Origin: Candidatus Rokuibacteriota bacterium
Lineage (GTDB): Bacteria > Methylomirabilota > Methylomirabilia > Rokubacteriales > CSP1-6
Direction: 5' to 3'
DNA length: 64,000 nucleotides
NCBI GenBank assembly: GCA_003220675.1
Contig: QHTD01000054.1
Location: 18,241-82,240, forward strand
The position numbers were made by a program, and so were the translations under genes. Numbering within the stretch: the stretch's first letter is position 1; each line of letters starts with the position of its first letter. The notes beneath the pieces were generated by a model. The model saw only the letters and a program-made list of their open reading frames with translations. It was not told where the DNA came from and did no database searches. Positions 60,860-64,000 of this stretch are shown here, in pieces.

Positions 60860-61143
60860 ACGGGTCGTTTACGAACGGGCAGAATGCCGGGTCGACCCTC
60901 GGGTCGCCGTCGGGCACAACGCCGGGACCTCACCATAATCCCGTGGGGTAACCTATTGATATTTCGACATTCTTTCGGCTATGGTCGCTTGGCAACTGCT
61001 TTGCTCATTACCGGGCCACGGAGATTCCGGTGTGCTGACTCGACTCGCAGGATGAAAGGGGGGTTGAAGCCGGCTGGCTCGGAAGGAATCACAGTGAAGA
61101 GCGCCGCACCACACCTCAACAACGTAAAAGGAACGGGAGAAAG

Positions 61144-61764
61144 ATGAAAAGACTTTTCGCAGTCATCATGAGCGTGGCAGTGTTCGGCGCCCTGGCGCCT
61201 ACGGTGGACGCTCAGTCGGCCTGCCCCGAGGTTGAGCAGGCGAAGGAGATGTTCAGCAAGGTCGCCAAGGCTCAGGATGTTCAGGCGCCGCGCACGCTCG
61301 CCGGCGCTCGTCAGGACCAGCAGGCTCCGCGAAGCCAAGACGTTCAGGCGCCGCGATCGCTGGCCGGCGCTCGCAGTCAGGATGTCCAGGCTCCGCGTGG
61401 TCAGGATGTTCAGGCCCCGCGTGGTCAGGAGACGCAGGCTCCGCGTGGTCAGGATGTTCAGGCGCCGCGTGGTCAGGAGACGCAGGCTCCGCGCGGTCAG
61501 GACACCCAGGCTCCGCGTGGCAAGCAGGACGTGCAGGCTCCGCGTGGTCAGGATGTTCAGGCCCCGCGAGGTCAGGATACGCAGGCTCCGCGCGGCCAGG
61601 ATGTTCAGGCCCCGCGTAGCGGTCAGGCTGCCGGTCAGGCTATTCAGGCGCCGCATAGCAGCGACGCCGCGAAGCTGATCCGTGAGGCCGAGGCCGCGTG
61701 CAAGGCCGGCAAGATGGCTGAGGCGAAGGCGAAGGCCGAAGCCGCGATGAAGATGCTGAAGTAA
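61144..61764 (+). CDS. secreted tandem-octapeptide-repeat protein (about 13 copies of QDVQAPRG) with an amphipathic Ala/Lys-rich C-terminal helix
   Basis: SD GGGAGA lies 5 nt upstream. Signal peptide MKRLFAVIMSVAVFGALAPTVDA. The repeat block is residues 44-160 and the C-terminus is EAEAACKAGKMAEAKAKAEAAMKMLK. A strong terminator follows. Confidence 0.7.
   Translation: MKRLFAVIMSVAVFGALAPTVDAQSACPEVEQAKEMFSKVAKAQDVQAPRTLAGARQDQQAPRSQDVQAPRSLAGARSQDVQAPRGQDVQAPRGQETQAPRGQDVQAPRGQETQAPRGQDTQAPRGKQDVQAPRGQDVQAPRGQDTQAPRGQDVQAPRSGQAAGQAIQAPHSSDAAKLIREAEAACKAGKMAEAKAKAEAAMKMLK
61273..61620 (+). repeat. imperfect 24-bp tandem repeat array (coding), consensus CAGGATGTTCAGGCCCCGCGTGGT
   Basis: About 13 head-to-tail copies are visible directly. 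The variants encode QDVQAPRG, QETQAPRG and QDTQAPRG, with one 27-bp copy. There are no spacers, so it is not CRISPR. Confidence 0.8.
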
Positions 61765-61783
61765 GAAGCAGGACGCGTCACCG

Positions 61784-61821
61784 AAGGCTCCAGGGGTGAC
61801 CCCCCTGGAGCCTTCTTTTTC
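61784..61821 (+). terminator. rho-independent terminator
   Basis: AAGGCTCCAGGGG-tgac-CCCCTGGAGCCTT is a 13-bp perfect stem followed by TCTTTTT. Confidence 0.75.
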
Positions 61822-61848
61822 GTCCGAGCGGGGTATAAGATTCGTTCG

Positions 61849-63198
61849 ATGCGTTCCTGGATCACGGGCGCGCTCCTCCTCCTCCTTCCGGTCACCTCGA
61901 CGGCCGCCGAGATCTCCGTGCAGGAAGCCCTGCTCCGCGCGAAGCCTGCCGTCTCCCTCGTCGTCGCAGAGGTCGGCTCGGAAGTCATCGTGACCTGTGG
62001 CGGAGGCGGAGAGAAGCTCATCCGTCCGGCGCCGTTCCGCGAGACCGGGACCGGCTGGTTCATCAGCCCGAGCGGATGGATGATCACGAACGCGCACCTC
62101 GTGTCGCCTGCCAGCCAGACACCCGCGTGGGTTGCCGACCAGCAGGCGCGCAGGGCCGTGCGCGAGGCGTGCGGGGAGCTCTCGCCCCAGGCGCTCGCGG
62201 CTGCCGTCGCGAGGGCGAAAGTCAAGCTGGACCCGTCGATCTCCGTCATCCTCTCGAACGGAATCCGCCTCCCCGCCACCGTGAGCAAGTACAGTCCCCC
62301 CGTCGCGGGCGAGAGCATGTCGGGTCGTGATCTGGCGCTGCTCAAGCTCGAGGCCGTTGACATGCCCACGCTCTCGCTCGCCGATTCCTCGAACGCGCAG
62401 ATCGGCGACAAGATTCACATCCTGGGCTTCCCGGGCGTGGTGCTGAGCCACGAGCTCCTCAACGCGTCGGCCAAGGCCGAGGCGTCGGTGACGAGCGGCG
62501 CGATCTCCGGGTTCAAGCAGGACCTCAAGAACCAGCCGGTCATCCAGATCGACGCGCCGGCGGCGTGGGGCAACAGCGGCGGCCCCGCGGTGAGCTCGCA
62601 GGGCGAGGTCCTCGGCGTCCTCACGTTCGTCTCGGTCGCCGGCGGCACCGATGAAGGCGTCGTTCAGGGCTTCAACTTCGTCATCCCGTCAGCCGCGGTG
62701 CGCGAGTTCCTCAAGGGCACCGGTGTCCCCCTCGAGGAGCCGAGCCGGTTCAACGCCGCCTGGCACGCCGGCCTGCGCGCGTACTTCTCGGGCGACTACT
62801 CGCGCGCTGAGAAGTATTTCGCGGAGGCCAACCGGCTCGTCCCCGAGCTCCCCGACGTCCGTCGCATCACCGCTGAGGCGAAAAACCCGCCGCCGAAGCC
62901 GTTCCCGTGGGCGACCGTTGCAGCGGTCGTCACGGCCCTGAGCCTCGGCGCCTACGCCGGTATGTGGGGGCTCCGCTGGCGGCGCAACCGCTATCGTATC
63001 CGCCCGTCCGAGGTGGTGCGCCTGATCGAGGCATCGAAGGAGCGTCCGATCATCCTCGATGTGCGCGACGCCGCGACGTACCAGAAGAGCCCGGTCCGCA
63101 TCCCCGACTCCAAGCACATCACGCCCCAGGAGCTCGAGTCCGGCGTCACCGCGCTCAAGATCGAGCCGACCCGCACCGTTGTCGCCTACTGCACCTGA
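61849..63198 (+). CDS. membrane-anchored periplasmic trypsin-like (S1/DegP-like) serine protease fused to a cytoplasmic C-terminal rhodanese domain; the frame ends at an in-frame TGA inside the rhodanese active-site loop
   Basis: A signal peptide, the triad H (TNAHLV), D (RDLALLKL) and S (GNSGGP), a TM helix WATVAAVVTALSLGAYAGMWGL, then the rhodanese region ILDVRDAATYQ...VVAYCT followed by TGA. Confidence 0.7.
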   Translation: MRSWITGALLLLLPVTSTAAEISVQEALLRAKPAVSLVVAEVGSEVIVTCGGGGEKLIRPAPFRETGTGWFISPSGWMITNAHLVSPASQTPAWVADQQARRAVREACGELSPQALAAAVARAKVKLDPSISVILSNGIRLPATVSKYSPPVAGESMSGRDLALLKLEAVDMPTLSLADSSNAQIGDKIHILGFPGVVLSHELLNASAKAEASVTSGAISGFKQDLKNQPVIQIDAPAAWGNSGGPAVSSQGEVLGVLTFVSVAGGTDEGVVQGFNFVIPSAAVREFLKGTGVPLEEPSRFNAAWHAGLRAYFSGDYSRAEKYFAEANRLVPELPDVRRITAEAKNPPPKPFPWATVAAVVTALSLGAYAGMWGLRWRRNRYRIRPSEVVRLIEASKERPIILDVRDAATYQKSPVRIPDSKHITPQELESGVTALKIEPTRTVVAYCT

Positions 63199-63348
63199 CC
63201 GGACGAGGCGACCAGCGCCCGGGTGGCGCACAGGCTAAAGCAGCTCGGCTACCAGGACGTCAGAATCCTCAAGGGCGGCCTTGGGAGCTGGGCCAACGCC
63301 GGCCTGCCTCTCGAGGCGAAGACCTCGCCCGCCGCGTCGTCCGCTTAG
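63199..63348 (+). other. in-frame continuation after the TGA that encodes a conserved rhodanese C-terminus (PDEATSARVAHRLKQLGYQDVRILKGGLGSWANAGLPLEA...)
   Basis: Same frame as 61849-63198. It matches the rhodanese helix/GG motif region, with no stop until the TAG at 63346-63348. Confidence 0.5.
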
Positions 63349-63485
63349 CTGTTCAGCCGGCGGGCGTCTCGCACCGCGCCGTCGACGAAAGGCCCGGCGA
63401 GCAGCGTGTGCTCGTCGAAGACCGCCCGCATCTCGGGCGTCGAGAACTGGTCGCCGAAGAGCTGGTAGTCGATGACGTGGCTAGC
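63345..63485 (-). pseudogene. 47-codon N-terminal remnant of a fumarate-lyase-superfamily gene (3-carboxymuconate cycloisomerase / adenylosuccinate lyase-like)
   Basis: GTG then VASHVIDYQLFGDQFSTPEMRAVFDEHTLLAGPFVDGAVRDARR matches the family N-terminal motif LFGD..S..EMRAIFSD. The frame stops where the plus-strand stretch ends. Confidence 0.35.
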
Positions 63486-63819
63486 CACCGCCGCCCCGGG
63501 CGCCGGCGAGGAAGTGCATGTGGACGTGGTAGACGACCTGCCCGCCCTCTGGCCCGCAGTGCACTCTGAGCCGGTAGCCGCGCTCGGCGAGGCCCTTCGC
63601 CTCGCCCAGCGCTCGGGCCGCAACGAAGCAGCGGCCCAGCACTTCGGCGTCGCCAGCCTCCATCGCCATGACCGACGGGATGTGGCGCCGCGGGACGATC
63701 AGGAGGTGGACGGGCGCCTTGGGGTAGATGTCTCGGAACGCGACGACCGCGTCGTCCTCGTACTCGATGTCGGCAGGAGTCTGGCGGTCGATGATGCGGC
63801 AGAACACGCAGTCCGTCAC
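63481..63819 (-). CDS. HIT-family (histidine triad) nucleotide hydrolase
   Basis: MTDCVFCRII... and the HVHMHFL triad. Confidence 0.85.
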   Translation of the reverse strand: MTDCVFCRIIDRQTPADIEYEDDAVVAFRDIYPKAPVHLLIVPRRHIPSVMAMEAGDAEVLGRCFVAARALGEAKGLAERGYRLRVHCGPEGGQVVYHVHMHFLAGARGGGG

Positions 63820-63837
63820 GGCGCCTCCTCGACGCCC

Positions 63838-63846
63838 TGCTATAAT
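63838..63846 (+). promoter_or_regulatory. extended -10 element TGcTATAAT in the divergent spacer
   Basis: A perfect TATAAT with TG at -14/-15, 42 nt upstream of the ATG at 63888. Confidence 0.4.
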
Positions 63847-63887
63847 ACCCGCCTGTCGAGCTGCAGCGACTCCCGAAGGAGCTCCCG

Positions 63888-64000
63888 ATGGGAACGTGTC
63901 CGAAGTGCAAGCGCAGGATCCGGAAGAACGGCAACCACGTGAAGCTCGGGTCTACCTGGTACCACAAGGTGTGTCCCGGCCGTTCCGCCCGACTCGCCCC
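63888..64000 (+). CDS. small Cys-rich (zinc-ribbon-like) protein, partial because it runs off the window
   Basis: SD AAGGAG lies 7 nt upstream of the ATG. It reads MGTCPKCKRRIRKNGNHVKLGSTWYHKVCPGRSARLA... with CPKC...CPG. Confidence 0.4.
   Translation, partial: MGTCPKCKRRIRKNGNHVKLGSTWYHKVCPGRSARLA

Noticed and set aside
61273-61620. CRISPR array, suggested by 24-bp direct repeats
   Set aside because: The repeats are contiguous with no spacers. They sit in frame inside a signal-peptide-bearing ORF and vary mostly at synonymous or conservative positions, so they are a protein-coding tandem repeat.
60979-62451. The 490-aa minus-strand ORF with LNILTTRS-type repeats
   Set aside because: It is the antisense translation of the QDVQAPRG repeat gene and the protease gene. 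Its repetitiveness merely mirrors the sense-strand repeats.
63196-63260. Selenocysteine insertion (SECIS) at the in-frame TGA
   Set aside because: The catalytic Cys is retained two codons upstream. The only downstream hairpin is a 5-bp stem about 17 nt away, and no sel genes are in the window. It is reported instead as an unresolved in-frame stop (nonsense mutation, read-through or error).

Overview
This is a high-GC (about 68-70%) chromosomal segment from a diderm (Gram-negative-type) bacterium. It is almost entirely housekeeping genes, and everything from 1 to 60859 is on the minus strand, with frequent ATGA/GTGA stop-start overlaps. In window order the gene blocks are:
- a partial HIT protein, ihfB, sppA, rpsA, a cmk::plsC fusion, aroA, tyrA, hisC and pheA;
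- rluB, scpB, scpA and trpS;
- a long LPS inner-core/lipid A/outer-membrane cluster: GT2, heptosyltransferase, hldC, hldA, gmhB, four GT4s, heptosyltransferase, lpxK, waaA, a DUF374 acyltransferase, lpxB, lpxI, a GnnA-like oxidoreductase, lpxA, lpxD, skp and bamA;
- clpC, lolD, lolC, lysS, prfB (with a visible programmed +1 frameshift site), lnt, a phosphoesterase and nusB, followed by the rib operon ribH, ribBA, ribE, ribD;
- ftsY, a RodZ-like protein, smc, secA, recN, nadK, tlyA, a rhomboid protease and an M16 peptidase pair.

The one departure from this pattern is a 2.5-kb stretch at 60860-63350, the only plus-strand coding in the window. It carries a secreted protein built from tandem QDVQAPRG octapeptide repeats (24-bp DNA repeats). 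Next to it is a signal-peptide, membrane-anchored trypsin-like serine protease fused to a C-terminal rhodanese domain. An in-frame TGA cuts that rhodanese domain, yet the downstream frame keeps a conserved rhodanese C-terminus. The stretch abuts a 47-codon N-terminal remnant of a fumarate-lyase-family gene, which suggests an insertion.

Most long plus-strand ORFs in the track are GC-shadow antisense ORFs, and the Arg/Pro-rich N-terminal 'extensions' of many minus-strand ORFs are out-of-frame read-through of the upstream gene. The displayed sequence appears shifted by +-1 nt relative to the ORF track in places, so fine motif coordinates are +-2 nt.
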